This document shows, one piece after another, positions 37,261-47,181 of a stretch of DNA of 64,000 nucleotides. Every line of letters begins with the position of its first letter. Position 1 is the first letter of the stretch. The DNA is taken from contig JAJRPM010000004.1 of assembly GCA_024280775.1 (NCBI GenBank), positions 391,054-455,053 of the forward strand, written 5' to 3'. Position numbers and translations under genes: made by a program. The notes under the pieces were generated by a model. That model did not search any database. It was not told the origin of the DNA and saw only the letters and a program-made list of their open reading frames with translations. The stretch comes from Candidatus Zixiibacteriota bacterium (GTDB lineage: Bacteria; Zixibacteria; MSB-5A5; GN15; JACZUZ01).

Positions 37261-38643
37261 ATGCCAACCCTCAATCACAGCCTGATATGGCTCAAAGAGT
37301 TAATCAACAAGTATACTCCAAAAACAGAATTGCCTATATTTTTGGTAATGACAGTTGCGATATTCGCAACTAGATTCCCATATTTGACTCCGGGCTACGG
37401 CAATTCCCCTGACGCCTGGCGAGTCGCTCGAATTGCGCAGATTATCTCGCAAAGCGGGGACTATTTCCCCTCGCGAGCGCCGGGTTTCCCCGCTCATGAG
37501 CTGATCTCAGCAACAATGTGGCAAGGCGGTCCTTTTGCGCTAAATGGCGCATCAGCTCTTATGAGCGCCTTCGCAGCGGCGTTTTTGACATTGATCGTAC
37601 GACGCCTTGGTGTAAGATGGTCGGCCTTGGCTGGAATAACACTTGCCTTTGTTCCATTGGTATTTGTGGCAAGCGTTGAGGCGATTGACCCAGTGTGGGG
37701 AATCGCTTTCATGCTCGCCGCTACATTCTTCCTGATGGACAAACGGCCCATCCTAGCGGGTATCATGCTAGGCTGTGCTATCGGAACTAGAATCACCAGC
37801 GGCGCGATGCTGCTCCCGCTAGCGCTATTAATCTATTTCGGGGAAATCTACCAAGACAAGATGCGAGCGCTAATGCAGTTCACAGCTTCTTCGCTTATCG
37901 TCGGCGCGGCCTGGTTCCTCCCGGTTTACCTCAAGTATAAACTAAGCATCCTGACCTACAGCGCGACCGGCTACAACCCGTCCTTTGGACGAATGCAACA
38001 CATGTTAACTGATTTTGTCTGGGGATACACAGGACTTTGGGGGATAGCCCTCGCGATAATACTCACCATCATGACTGTCCGCAAAAGAAAGAAACTCGGG
38101 CAGAGCAAATCACCCGTTGGCATATCTTCAAAGGGGTTACTGTGGTTCACTTACTCAGGCATAGCGCTCTATATTGTAGCGTTCTTCATGTTACCTCACC
38201 AGCGCTATCTATTGCCAATAGTCCCTTTGATTCTTCTACTGGTGTTTTGGCAGGCTAATCGAGTTACTGCGCTCGTATTGACCGGCATCATGCTTGTTGC
38301 TCCCTTTGTAAATTTGTACCCATCGCAGTTTGCAGAAAAAGGGATATTGAATAAGGAACATGAACGCCGTCAAGAAAGCCAAGCATATATTCAAGAATTG
38401 ATTTGTCTATCTGAGTCACTTGACTCAAATGATGTTATTGTTGTGGGCTGGTGGTTCCCCAAAATTGAAGTGACGCTTGCCAACAAAAAGACACGCTCTT
38501 CATTTGCTTATCTTCTCGATTCGACCGAAATCACAGAATTTGTTGCGGATTCGGCAGAAATCTTATATGTGCCGGGGATATCTGACTATAATCTGAGGGT
38601 CAAGGGAGTGAGCCTTTCTGAACACGGGACACTAATTAGGTGA
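37261..38643 (+). CDS. Polytopic membrane protein, GT-C-like (PMT/ArnT-type) glycosyltransferase candidate
   Basis: It has at least 10 predicted TM helices and a first-loop acidic/aromatic segment (GNSPDAWRVARIAQ). The C-terminal soluble domain is about 110 aa. I moved the start to Met-29 of the ORF because the GTG start at 37177 overlaps the tRNA promoter. Confidence 0.5.
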   Translation: MPTLNHSLIWLKELINKYTPKTELPIFLVMTVAIFATRFPYLTPGYGNSPDAWRVARIAQIISQSGDYFPSRAPGFPAHELISATMWQGGPFALNGASALMSAFAAAFLTLIVRRLGVRWSALAGITLAFVPLVFVASVEAIDPVWGIAFMLAATFFLMDKRPILAGIMLGCAIGTRITSGAMLLPLALLIYFGEIYQDKMRALMQFTASSLIVGAAWFLPVYLKYKLSILTYSATGYNPSFGRMQHMLTDFVWGYTGLWGIALAIILTIMTVRKRKKLGQSKSPVGISSKGLLWFTYSGIALYIVAFFMLPHQRYLLPIVPLILLLVFWQANRVTALVLTGIMLVAPFVNLYPSQFAEKGILNKEHERRQESQAYIQELICLSESLDSNDVIVVGWWFPKIEVTLANKKTRSSFAYLLDSTEITEFVADSAEILYVPGISDYNLRVKGVSLSEHGTLIR

Positions 38644-38736
38644 CACTTCATTATTCCCTGCGAACGATTAACTACATATCGTTCACCCCACCCGATGCAA
38701 ACAGTCCCAAGCTAATCGTACACAAGGGAGAAACAA

Positions 38737-40345
38737 TTGATTTCGACAAACAGACTTAGCAATGTAAGACCATGGGTCGCGATTCTCATTCCGCTAGCTG
38801 TGTACTTGATAGCCGCGTATCCACTGATGGGTTGGGTAATTGATGATGCGGGGATCAGCTATGCCTATGCCAGGAGTCTTGCATCGGGCGCCGGCCTAGT
38901 CTCTCAACCGGGGATGTTTCCGGTTGAAGGATATTCAAATTTCCTTTGGGTTCTGACGCTATCGTTTTTTTTTCAAGGTCGGCGCATTCGATCCCTATTA
39001 CCTGCCGAAGTTTGTCAGCTTCATCCTGGTGGGATTGTCGTTTGTCTTCGTACAAAAATCTATTCATAGAATCACCAACAGTCAGATCCTTGTTCCGCTA
39101 ATCGCGTTGATATTTGTCGCATCAAACGCCTCGTTCGTCATTTGGACCACATCGGGTTTGGAGAACGGACTTTTCGCGATGCTCATTTCTCTGGCAATGC
39201 TACTAATATTGAAATACGCATCCGAGGAAATACCGACAGCAATAGAGGCAGGAAAGATTGGCGCGGTTATTGGGCTTGCTGCACTGACCCGTCCTGACGG
39301 AGCCATTTACATTTTGTCACTGCCAGTGATACTCCTGACTACATTCAATGTATTCAATAAAGCAAAATTCATCCATGCAGGCAAAAGCATATTCGGTTTT
39401 GCCGGCGCTTTTGCTTTGACCTACGGTTCATATTTTGTGTTTCGCTTGGCATACTTCGGATCGATGCACCCGAATACGTATTACGCCAAAGGCGGCCTGA
39501 GACCTTCAATGCGCAATCCCCATCAACTTCTCAATAGCCTTTTCGGCGTAGACCTGTGGATTCCATTTGGTATCATAATGCTCGTACTCTTGGCCAATGC
39601 ATATCGTCGGAGCAAACCGCAGTGGCGTCAACACGTCGCTTTATGGAATCTCGTCTTTCTTGCCTTGATTGCTTTCGGTTTGATGCCTAGCGACTGGATG
39701 GGAGAATTCCGCTTTGCTACACCGTTTTTTGTATTGCTTGCAACAACTCTCGCGGTGGAGGTGAAGACTCTTATAGACTACGCTGCTTCAAGATTCAATC
39801 TTAGCCCTTCAATACGCATGACCCTAGTTGGCGTGATTGTCCTTCCTAGCTTAGGATTCTATCTCTTTGAGCATTACCCGCGCCTGACAAAATTCTATGG
39901 TAATCCAGTTGTAACTTTCGAGAGAATTGCCAATACCTATGCGTATCCATTCAATTCGTATGCAGAAAAGCTGGGACTTAAGGACGCTTCATTTCTAGTC
40001 CCCGATTTGGGAGGAACACTATACTATTCCAAGCTGAAGATTTATGACTTGGCTGGACTATGTGACAAAACGATTGCGAGATTGCATCCGAGGAAACAAC
40101 CCGCATTCTATGATTACGTATTCGATGAAATAAAGCCCACCTTCATACACACGCATGGGTACTTTACTAGTATATCGCAATTCGATACTGACGATAGATT
40201 TGCACGTGACTATGTTTGGATATCGGAGTATGAGGACACCTACGCCGGAAAGCAATTGAACCGAAAAATCATGTCGGGTAACTTCATCAGACGAGACGCG
40301 TTGCCCGATGGTGAGAATTCACTTCGACTAATTCGACCAGAATAA
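38737..40345 (+). pseudogene. GT-C-like membrane glycosyltransferase interrupted by a +1 frameshift in a T9 tract
   Basis: The ORFs 38737-39069 and 39029-40345 are one gene. Removing one T from T9 (38965-38973) gives ...FLWVLTLSFFFKVGAFDPYYLPKFVSFILVGLSFVFVQKSIHRI.... The TTG start is preceded by GGGAGA. The N-terminal loop motif is VIDDAGISYAYARSL. Confidence 0.65.
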
Positions 40346-40348
40346 AAC

Positions 40349-40378
40349 AAGCCGCCCGGGACAGTTCCAGGGCGGCTT
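40349..40378. terminator. Hairpin between convergent genes (possible bidirectional terminator)
   Basis: A 9-bp stem, AAGCCGCCC (40349-57) with GGGCGGCTT (40370-78), and a 12-nt loop. The flanks are only weakly T-rich. Confidence 0.55.
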
Positions 40379-40428
40379 GACGTTTACTATGACCAACAAC
40401 CGAGTGGGTCAATCAGTCTCTCTACTTA

Positions 40429-41274
40429 CTAATTCAAATACGCTCTTAGCGACCGGCTCCTTGAGGCGTGGCGCAGGCGACGGATCGCCTTTTCTTTGAT
40501 TTGGCGCACACGTTCACGAGTCAGCGAAAAGCGCGCGCCGATTTCTTCGAGCGTTAGCGCTTTATCGTTGTTCAAACCGAAATACAAGTTAATGACCTCG
40601 GCCTCGCGAGCTGTCAATGTATCCAGCGCCTTTTCAATCTCAAGGCGCAAGCTGTGCCCCATCAAGTCCTCATCCGGAGACGGTTGGAACTCGTCTTCAA
40701 GGATATCAATCAGCGAGTTGTCTTCGGACTGTGAAAAAGGCGCATCCAGCGACAGATGCGAATTTGAAATCTTCAGCGTATCAGATACTTCACCTTCGGG
40801 CAGATCCAGCTCTTTGGCGATTTCCTCCGGAGAGGGAATGCGTGAATAGGTCTGTTCCAAACGCGAGGAGATCTTGCCGATTTTGTGTAGTGTACCAACC
40901 CGGTTTAGCGGAAGTCGGACAATACGGCTTTGCTCGGCAAGAGCCTGCAAAATTGCCTGGCGAATCCACCAGACTGCATAACTGATAAACTTGAAGCCAC
41001 GAGTTTCATCAAAGCGCTTGGCGGCTTTGATGAGACCAATGTTACCTTCATTGATTAGGTCAGCCAGGGAAAGTCCCTGGTTTTGGTATTGTTTCGCTAC
41101 CGATACTACGAAGCGTAAGTTGGCCTTGGTTAATGCGTCCAGGGCTCTTTGGCTACCCTGCTTTATTTTCTTGGCCAAACGCACCTCTTCGGCGGCGTTT
41201 ATTAGGGGGGTTTCCCCGATTTCTTTTAGATAAAGATCAAGCGACCGATCCTCATCCTTATACTTCATTGCCAT
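40429..41274 (-). CDS. RNA polymerase sigma-70 family factor, short RpoD-like
   Basis: Contains [67 protein letters not shown], and a region 4 helix-turn-helix. The start may instead be at 41310. Confidence 0.85.
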   Translation of the reverse strand: MAMKYKDEDRSLDLYLKEIGETPLINAAEEVRLAKKIKQGSQRALDALTKANLRFVVSVAKQYQNQGLSLADLINEGNIGLIKAAKRFDETRGFKFISYAVWWIRQAILQALAEQSRIVRLPLNRVGTLHKIGKISSRLEQTYSRIPSPEEIAKELDLPEGEVSDTLKISNSHLSLDAPFSQSEDNSLIDILEDEFQPSPDEDLMGHSLRLEIEKALDTLTAREAEVINLYFGLNNDKALTLEEIGARFSLTRERVRQIKEKAIRRLRHASRSRSLRAYLN

Positions 41275-41568
41275 TGTATATGTGTTGATCCCTATAACTT
41301 CATGCAACACTCTGCAGTGTTATGCATCTACGAAAACTCACACCCAGCTGATGCGCCTGGTCAGTTTTCATAAACCGTTTCAGTTAACTGGTTCGCTTCA
41401 TCTCAGAAGCGTATGAGAAGCTCCTATTTCCCATATATTGCTACTGTTTAAATCACTAGTTGACACTTTGCGCCAATTCGACGCAATAAATCCGATTCTC
41501 CTGTATCATCTTGTTCCAGCTGAGCAAAAATTATTTTTGGCTAACAAGTAAACTTGTGAGTCCCTCTC

Positions 41569-43128
41569 CTACAGCTGTACAGAACGATATTCAGTATTCC
41601 CGAATCTATCTATCACTATCATTGAAACTCTCTTAGTACGGTCGGACATTGAGCTAGTGACGCTCTTGAACTCGTCAACATTCTTGACCGGTTTACTTCC
41701 AATCTCAGTTATGACATCACCCGGTTTGAATCCCGCGAGTTTAGCGGAACTATTGCCGGTGACTCCCATCACCACCACGCCCTCAGCGAATTCCAAACCA
41801 TTCCTTCTAGCGATATCACGAGTGAAAGTTGTAACTTCCAATCCTCCCCAAATTACAGACTCTAGAGCGTTAGGGTCTTCTCCTCCACGGCTAGAGGCGA
41901 GTATATCACCTTTGCGTTTATCCGTTAGCAGAGCGGTAAACGCCATTCGATTGCGATCACGAATAATGTTAATCTTAGCTTTGTCTCCATCGTGCAAAGT
42001 CGAAACCAAAATCATCAGTTGCGAATTGTTTGTGACTTCGGTGCCGTTGAAATCTACTATTATGTCATCCTTGCGGAGTCCGGCTCTTGCCGCCGGAGAA
42101 TTTGGCACAACTTGTTCGACCACCACACCTCTGACTTCGTCGAGATGCAATCTTCTAGCGTCCGCCGGTGTAACATCCGCCATGCGAATGCCGAGCCAGG
42201 CGCGACGGACTTCGCCATAAGCGATTAGATCCGGCACAATTGACCTGGCCAAATTGATGGGAATTGAGAATCCAATTCCGACAGATGAACCGGTGGGTGA
42301 AGAAATCGCAGAGTTGATACCCACTGCTTCACCACGAAGGTTTAGCAATGGCCCGCCGGAGTTGCCGGGATTGATTGCCGCATCGACTTGGATGTAATCC
42401 TGATAGTCAGGACTCTCAGAGCCAAATCTGAGACTGGAACGGCCCTTGGCCGAGACCACACCTACAGTCACCGTGCCCGAGAGACCCTGTTGCGGAAATG
42501 GATTACCGATAGCAATCGCCCAATCACCCACCCGCAGTTTATCTGAATCACCAAAAGGAATAATTGTTAGCTCATCATCGGTATCAACTTTGAAAACCGC
42601 CAAGTCAGTGGCGGGGTCCAACCCAACAAGCTTTGCCTGATAGACAAAACCTTTGGTAGTTCGCACCTCAATGCTCTCGGCGCCTTTGATAACGTGATTG
42701 TTGGTCAGCAAATACCCGTCATGACGGAAGAAGAAAGCCGTGCCGGAACTCGTTGACTCTGACCCTCTTTGATTTCTGCGAAAAAAGCCATTTGACTGAT
42801 TATGCTTCTTGGCGGTGACAGATACTACTGCATCTGATACTCGCTCAATAATCGGGACAAAGGGCGAGGTATATTCGCCATCATCACCTTTGATTACCTG
42901 CACACCCGCAAAGATTGCATTAACCTCACCGGTTTGATGAGTAGCGGAATTGTCTGAGGATTGAGTTGAGGATTGATTAGCCCCGGCGAAAGAATGTCCG
43001 GTCCAGTCAAGTTGTGATGCGATTATTATCCCGAGAAATGTGAAGCTCACAGCGATGAAGATAATACGCGCGCCTGAGAAACGATTAGGAGCGCTCTTGT
43101 TTTCTGTTGTGTCCAGCATGTCAGTCAA
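41569..43128 (-). CDS. htrA: HtrA/DegP-family serine protease with two PDZ domains
   Basis: The catalytic triad contexts are present: LTNNHVIKG, TDLAVFKV, GNSGGPLLN. Two PDZ-like segments follow. Confidence 0.9.
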   Translation of the reverse strand: MTDMLDTTENKSAPNRFSGARIIFIAVSFTFLGIIIASQLDWTGHSFAGANQSSTQSSDNSATHQTGEVNAIFAGVQVIKGDDGEYTSPFVPIIERVSDAVVSVTAKKHNQSNGFFRRNQRGSESTSSGTAFFFRHDGYLLTNNHVIKGAESIEVRTTKGFVYQAKLVGLDPATDLAVFKVDTDDELTIIPFGDSDKLRVGDWAIAIGNPFPQQGLSGTVTVGVVSAKGRSSLRFGSESPDYQDYIQVDAAINPGNSGGPLLNLRGEAVGINSAISSPTGSSVGIGFSIPINLARSIVPDLIAYGEVRRAWLGIRMADVTPADARRLHLDEVRGVVVEQVVPNSPAARAGLRKDDIIVDFNGTEVTNNSQLMILVSTLHDGDKAKINIIRDRNRMAFTALLTDKRKGDILASSRGGEDPNALESVIWGGLEVTTFTRDIARRNGLEFAEGVVVMGVTGNSSAKLAGFKPGDVITEIGSKPVKNVDEFKSVTSSMSDRTKRVSMIVIDRFGNTEYRSVQL

Positions 43129-43490
43129 ATCTTAAAAACCCCTCTCTTCTCGGCCCGCAGTCTAGCGCCCAGAAAGCTGATAATCCTTAAATTCCTATCG
43201 ATTATGAGCATCTGCCGTCACTTCACACGCATTTAGCGCCGAGCCAAGAAATATATGTCATTTTTTCTATCTGTCAATGGGAAAGTTTATGTCTTTGGCA
43301 ATCACTTTCCATATCGGTTATACGCCGGGCTTCACTGTAGAGTTTCTCGATAGTGACAAGTTTCACAAAAGTCGCCCATATAACATACATGCGGCTCAAA
43401 GTGGGCGATAACCCGCCAAGCCTGGCCTGCAAAATACACATTCGAGTCCTCCAACTTGACGACTCGATATTCACCTCGTATGGTTTTGTA

Positions 43491-44168
43491 ATGACAGATA
43501 TAGATAACAAGAGCAAAGATATAGGTGGGGCCGACTGCGCAACCCAGAGGGCGGCAGAGGACATAGCCCATTGCGGTAAGTCGTTGTACCATAGCGGTTT
43601 TATCGCCGGAACCGAGGGGAATATCTCGCTACGACTCTCTGACGGAAGATTCTTGATTACTCCGGCCGGAGCCCGAAAGGGCGAACTTGTGGGCAAATCA
43701 ATTGTGGAGTTGGAAGAATCCGGAGCTCAGATTAGCAAACAGGACGACTTAAAACCGTCATCGGAGCTGGGGATGCACTTGATGGTCTATCAGAAGCGCA
43801 AGGACATCTTCGCCTGCGTACATTCGCATGCCCCTCATGCCACCGCTTACGCGATAGCTGGTATTCAACCAGACATTGATATTCTACCGGAGGTATCGGT
43901 ATTTGTGGGAAAAATCGCACTTACCGAATATGCGCCACCCGGGACTCCAGCAGTGGGTGAGTCGCTTTTGCCAGCTCTTGAGACCTGTAATGCCTTTTTG
44001 TTGAAGAACCACGGTTTGCTGACCATCGGAGCGACTCTAGACGAAGCGCTGAATCGACATGAAATAGTGGAGCAATACTTGCGGATTCTGACTATCGCCA
44101 AGTCACTTGGCAATATCGACAAACTGGATGCCTCGGAAATGAAGCGTTTACGTGGTTTGAGCGAATAG
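43491..44168 (+). CDS. Class II aldolase/adducin-family protein
   Basis: Contains GTEGNISLRL, SSELGMHLMVY, VHSHAPHATA and LLKNHGLLTIG. I moved the start to the internal Met, which gives a family-typical length of about 225 aa. Confidence 0.8.
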   Translation: MTDIDNKSKDIGGADCATQRAAEDIAHCGKSLYHSGFIAGTEGNISLRLSDGRFLITPAGARKGELVGKSIVELEESGAQISKQDDLKPSSELGMHLMVYQKRKDIFACVHSHAPHATAYAIAGIQPDIDILPEVSVFVGKIALTEYAPPGTPAVGESLLPALETCNAFLLKNHGLLTIGATLDEALNRHEIVEQYLRILTIAKSLGNIDKLDASEMKRLRGLSE

Positions 44169-44250
44169 CTCCGCGTAATCTATCATCACATTTTTGCTAA
44201 TGTTGTATGTATAAGAGGGCAGTGGCCCTTGTATTGGGTATCCCGGTAAT

Positions 44251-45489
44251 TTGCCCCGAGGCTGGGTTAATGCTACTTTACAGTTATCCACAAGTAGCAA
44301 AACCGGAAGTAGACTTGTTGAGAGAGAGCATATTCTGAGAAAAAAGATAATCATAGACCGCGCTGATAGATTGTACCAACTGGCGCCCCCAATACAGGAT
44401 TTCTATCCGCATACTCTCGCGATGGCTTCAAAGAAGCAATCGCAACTGGATTTGGCCAGACCGTCTTGGGGAACTCCTGGTTCAGAGATTACTCCGGAAA
44501 TTATCGGAACCAAAATCAGCTCCAGGACGCTTTTCTCGCTCAAAGAGTCGATTGCTGATTGGGCGCTTTCGGAGATGTCGGTTAAGCTCAATCCTGAAAA
44601 AGAAATCTTTGTCGGCTCAAGTATTCGTCGCCTGCTTTCTTTAGTGGCGCTGGGTTATCTGGATCCGGGTGATTTGGCTTTGACTCCAAACCCAGGTTAC
44701 CCGGCATACCGTCAGATGATTATAACCTACGGCGCCGAGCCGATTGATTACCGTCTTACCGAGAAACGAGGTTTCAAGCCTCGTTTCAAACAGTTCTCAG
44801 ATAGAGTTGGCAAAGCCGCGCGCCTGATGTTTCTCAATAACCCGCACAACCCGACAGCCAGCGAGCTGGATATTGAGGAGTTGGACGAATTGCTCTGGCT
44901 GGCGGCTCGGGATAATATCCTGATAGTCAATGACGCGGCGTATTATTCCTATGCCGCGCATGACGGCGCTTCGGTTTTGGGCTCACCTAGCGGCAAACGA
45001 ATCGGGCTGGAGCTATATGATATTCCATTTCTGGTTGGCGCTACCGGGATTCGTCTGGCGTTTGCCATCGGCTCCCGAGATTTGATTGCTGGCCTTTCGT
45101 CCGCTGAAGTGGTTTCCCCCGATACGATGTATGAATCTCAGGCGCAGATGGCCATTGAGGAGCTGGCGAAATATCCTTCACAGGCGTTACATTCATTGCG
45201 CTCACGGATTCGTGACGCATACCCGGCGGCGTGTCGGTTTTGTGAGACGCTGGGGCTTGAACCGGTTGGACGTCAGGGATTCCCCTATTTGCTGGCGCGA
45301 GTTCCGCGACGCAATTCTTCCCGGGCGTTTTCTTCATCGTTATTACGTCGTCAGGGAATTGTGACATTACCGGCTATTGCGTTCGGTGATTTAGGCGAAG
45401 GCTATGTGCGCCTGGCATTGACATCGGGTCCATTGCCATTCCAGGAAGCAATTGAGCGCTTAGGCTCCAGAAAACTACGAACAGGATAA
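44251..45489 (+). CDS. Class I/II aminotransferase-fold protein; the canonical PLP lysine is not evident
   Basis: NNPHNPT, VNDAAYYSY and GYVRLAL are present. Where S-x-S-K is expected, 8 residues before the conserved Arg (ATGIRLAF), the sequence is YDIPF. The TTG start is uncertain. Confidence 0.65.
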   Translation: MPRGWVNATLQLSTSSKTGSRLVEREHILRKKIIIDRADRLYQLAPPIQDFYPHTLAMASKKQSQLDLARPSWGTPGSEITPEIIGTKISSRTLFSLKESIADWALSEMSVKLNPEKEIFVGSSIRRLLSLVALGYLDPGDLALTPNPGYPAYRQMIITYGAEPIDYRLTEKRGFKPRFKQFSDRVGKAARLMFLNNPHNPTASELDIEELDELLWLAARDNILIVNDAAYYSYAAHDGASVLGSPSGKRIGLELYDIPFLVGATGIRLAFAIGSRDLIAGLSSAEVVSPDTMYESQAQMAIEELAKYPSQALHSLRSRIRDAYPAACRFCETLGLEPVGRQGFPYLLARVPRRNSSRAFSSSLLRRQGIVTLPAIAFGDLGEGYVRLALTSGPLPFQEAIERLGSRKLRTG

Positions 45490-45494
45490 GACTG

Positions 45495-45893
45495 ATGGAT
45501 ACGATTCGTTTGGTAAATATGGTGTTCTACGGCTTTCACGGAGTCACTGAGCCGGAGAAAGAAACCGGCCGGAGGTTTGAAGTTGACTGTGAGCTGAAGG
45601 TTGATATCGCTGAGTCAGGGGCTAGTGACAAACTTGGTGACACCATTGACTACAATTCTGTTTATTTGAAAATCGAAGAGATTGTCACTGGCAAAGCGTT
45701 CGATTTGGTTGAGCGCCTTAGTTGCGAAATCGCGAAGTGTGTTCTTGATTCATTTGCGGTTTTCGAAGTGACAGTGCGGGTGCGTAAACTTATGCCACCA
45801 ATTGTGGGGCATGTTGACTATATCGAAGTGGAAGTCACACGCGCCCAGCCGGACACAGATAAACTACTGGCGCAACAATCACTATCAATGTAG
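45495..45893 (+). CDS. folB: Dihydroneopterin aldolase
   Basis: Contains MVFYGFHGVTEPEKETGRRFEVD. Confidence 0.85.
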   Translation: MDTIRLVNMVFYGFHGVTEPEKETGRRFEVDCELKVDIAESGASDKLGDTIDYNSVYLKIEEIVTGKAFDLVERLSCEIAKCVLDSFAVFEVTVRVRKLMPPIVGHVDYIEVEVTRAQPDTDKLLAQQSLSM

Positions 45894-45916
45894 AAACCAG
45901 AGCTATCCTAATAACC

Positions 45917-46477
45917 GTGACACCCGAAGCAACAAATAGTAAGTCTGAGAAAGTATATCTTTCTTTAGGATCCAATATCGAACCGCGACTCGAGCGCTTG
46001 GCGACTTGCCGGGAGCGACTTGGAGCGACCCGAGGGATTGAGCTTGAGGCGACAAGTGGCGTCTATGAAACCCGGCCAGAACAAATGGCTCCGGGAACTG
46101 CGACGTTTCTCAATCAGGTGATTTGTGTAGAAACGAAATTGACTCCAACAGAGCTTTTGGAGAAAACCGAAAAACTGGAACGTGACTTGGGCCGCTCAAG
46201 TAAGAGCGCCAACAGTTCAAGAACCATTGACATTGATATTCTTCTTTTTGGTCAACAGATTATCCACACTGATTCATTGATAATACCTCACGTGAGGTTG
46301 CACCTACGAGCATTTGCCTTGATACCAATGTTGGAGCTTGACAACAGCCTGAAAAATCCCAACACTGGTCAACCCTATCGAGAGTTAGTGGGCCTGGATT
46401 TCGCAAGTAAGGTCAAGATAATCGATGAACGCGACACAGAAAATGAAGCTGAGCAGATGATGAGATTAGAGGCGTAA
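45917..46477 (+). CDS. folK: 2-amino-4-hydroxy-6-hydroxymethyldihydropteridine pyrophosphokinase
   Basis: Contains YLSLGSNIEPRLERL, RTIDIDILLFG and IPHVRLHLRAFAL. Confidence 0.85.
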   Translation: MTPEATNSKSEKVYLSLGSNIEPRLERLATCRERLGATRGIELEATSGVYETRPEQMAPGTATFLNQVICVETKLTPTELLEKTEKLERDLGRSSKSANSSRTIDIDILLFGQQIIHTDSLIIPHVRLHLRAFALIPMLELDNSLKNPNTGQPYRELVGLDFASKVKIIDERDTENEAEQMMRLEA

Positions 46478-47154
46478 TGGCAGAGAGCTTTGAGATTCCC
46501 CGCTATATTGCCGTCGAGGGAGTAATCGGTGTGGGTAAAACTTCATTCGCCGAGGCGCTCGCTAGTGAAATCGGCGCGACTTTAGAATTGGATCAGGGTT
46601 ATGACAACCCGTTCCTATCAGATTTTTATCGTAATCAAGAACGCCATGCATTCACCACGCAGTTGTTTTTTTTGCTGAGCAGGTTTCAACGTCAGCAGAG
46701 CCTGCGCACTCATGACCTCTTCTCGCAACGAATTGTCGCGGACTACATTTTCGCTCGTGACTCATTGTTTGCTTCGGTGACTCTCACTGATCTTGAGCTG
46801 ACACTATATGAAAAAATCATGCCTATTCTAGCGCAGGATATTCCCAAGCCGGAGTTAGTGATTTACCTACAGGCCTCCACCGAGGTTCTGCTGGAGAGAA
46901 TCCGCATTCGAAACATCAAAGCCGAACGAGCTATTGGAAACGACTACATAGATAAACTGTGTGACGCCTATAATCAGTTTTTCTTTCATTACACCGACAC
47001 GCCATTGCTGGTAGTCAAAACTGATAATATCGATTTTGTGAATGAGCCGGACCATCTCGCTGATATTGTAAAACAATTGAACCGTCCGATTCACGGCAAG
47101 CGCTACTACAGCCCGTCACCCTCTCCTGAGTTGGATTACGGAAGTCCGCAGTAA
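46477..47154 (+). CDS. Deoxynucleoside kinase family protein
   Basis: P-loop VEGVIGVGKTSF, RIVADYIFARD, and a LID-like RIRIRNIKAER. Confidence 0.75.
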   Translation: MAESFEIPRYIAVEGVIGVGKTSFAEALASEIGATLELDQGYDNPFLSDFYRNQERHAFTTQLFFLLSRFQRQQSLRTHDLFSQRIVADYIFARDSLFASVTLTDLELTLYEKIMPILAQDIPKPELVIYLQASTEVLLERIRIRNIKAERAIGNDYIDKLCDAYNQFFFHYTDTPLLVVKTDNIDFVNEPDHLADIVKQLNRPIHGKRYYSPSPSPELDYGSPQ

Positions 47155-47181
47155 GCTCCCTGAATAGAAAACAGAAGCAAC

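Noticed and set aside
36923-40345. A possible genomic island integrated at tRNA-Leu.
   Set aside because: I saw no integrase, recombinase or transposase, no direct repeat of the tRNA 3' end, and no obvious compositional break by eye. The flanking genes look chromosomal.
43274-43696. A 140-aa minus-strand ORF, and the 46-codon N-terminal extension of the aldolase ORF (43353-43490).
   Set aside because: Both lie in the htrA/aldolase divergent promoter region. The aldolase family length and the motif onset fit a start at 43491. The minus-strand ORF has no support.
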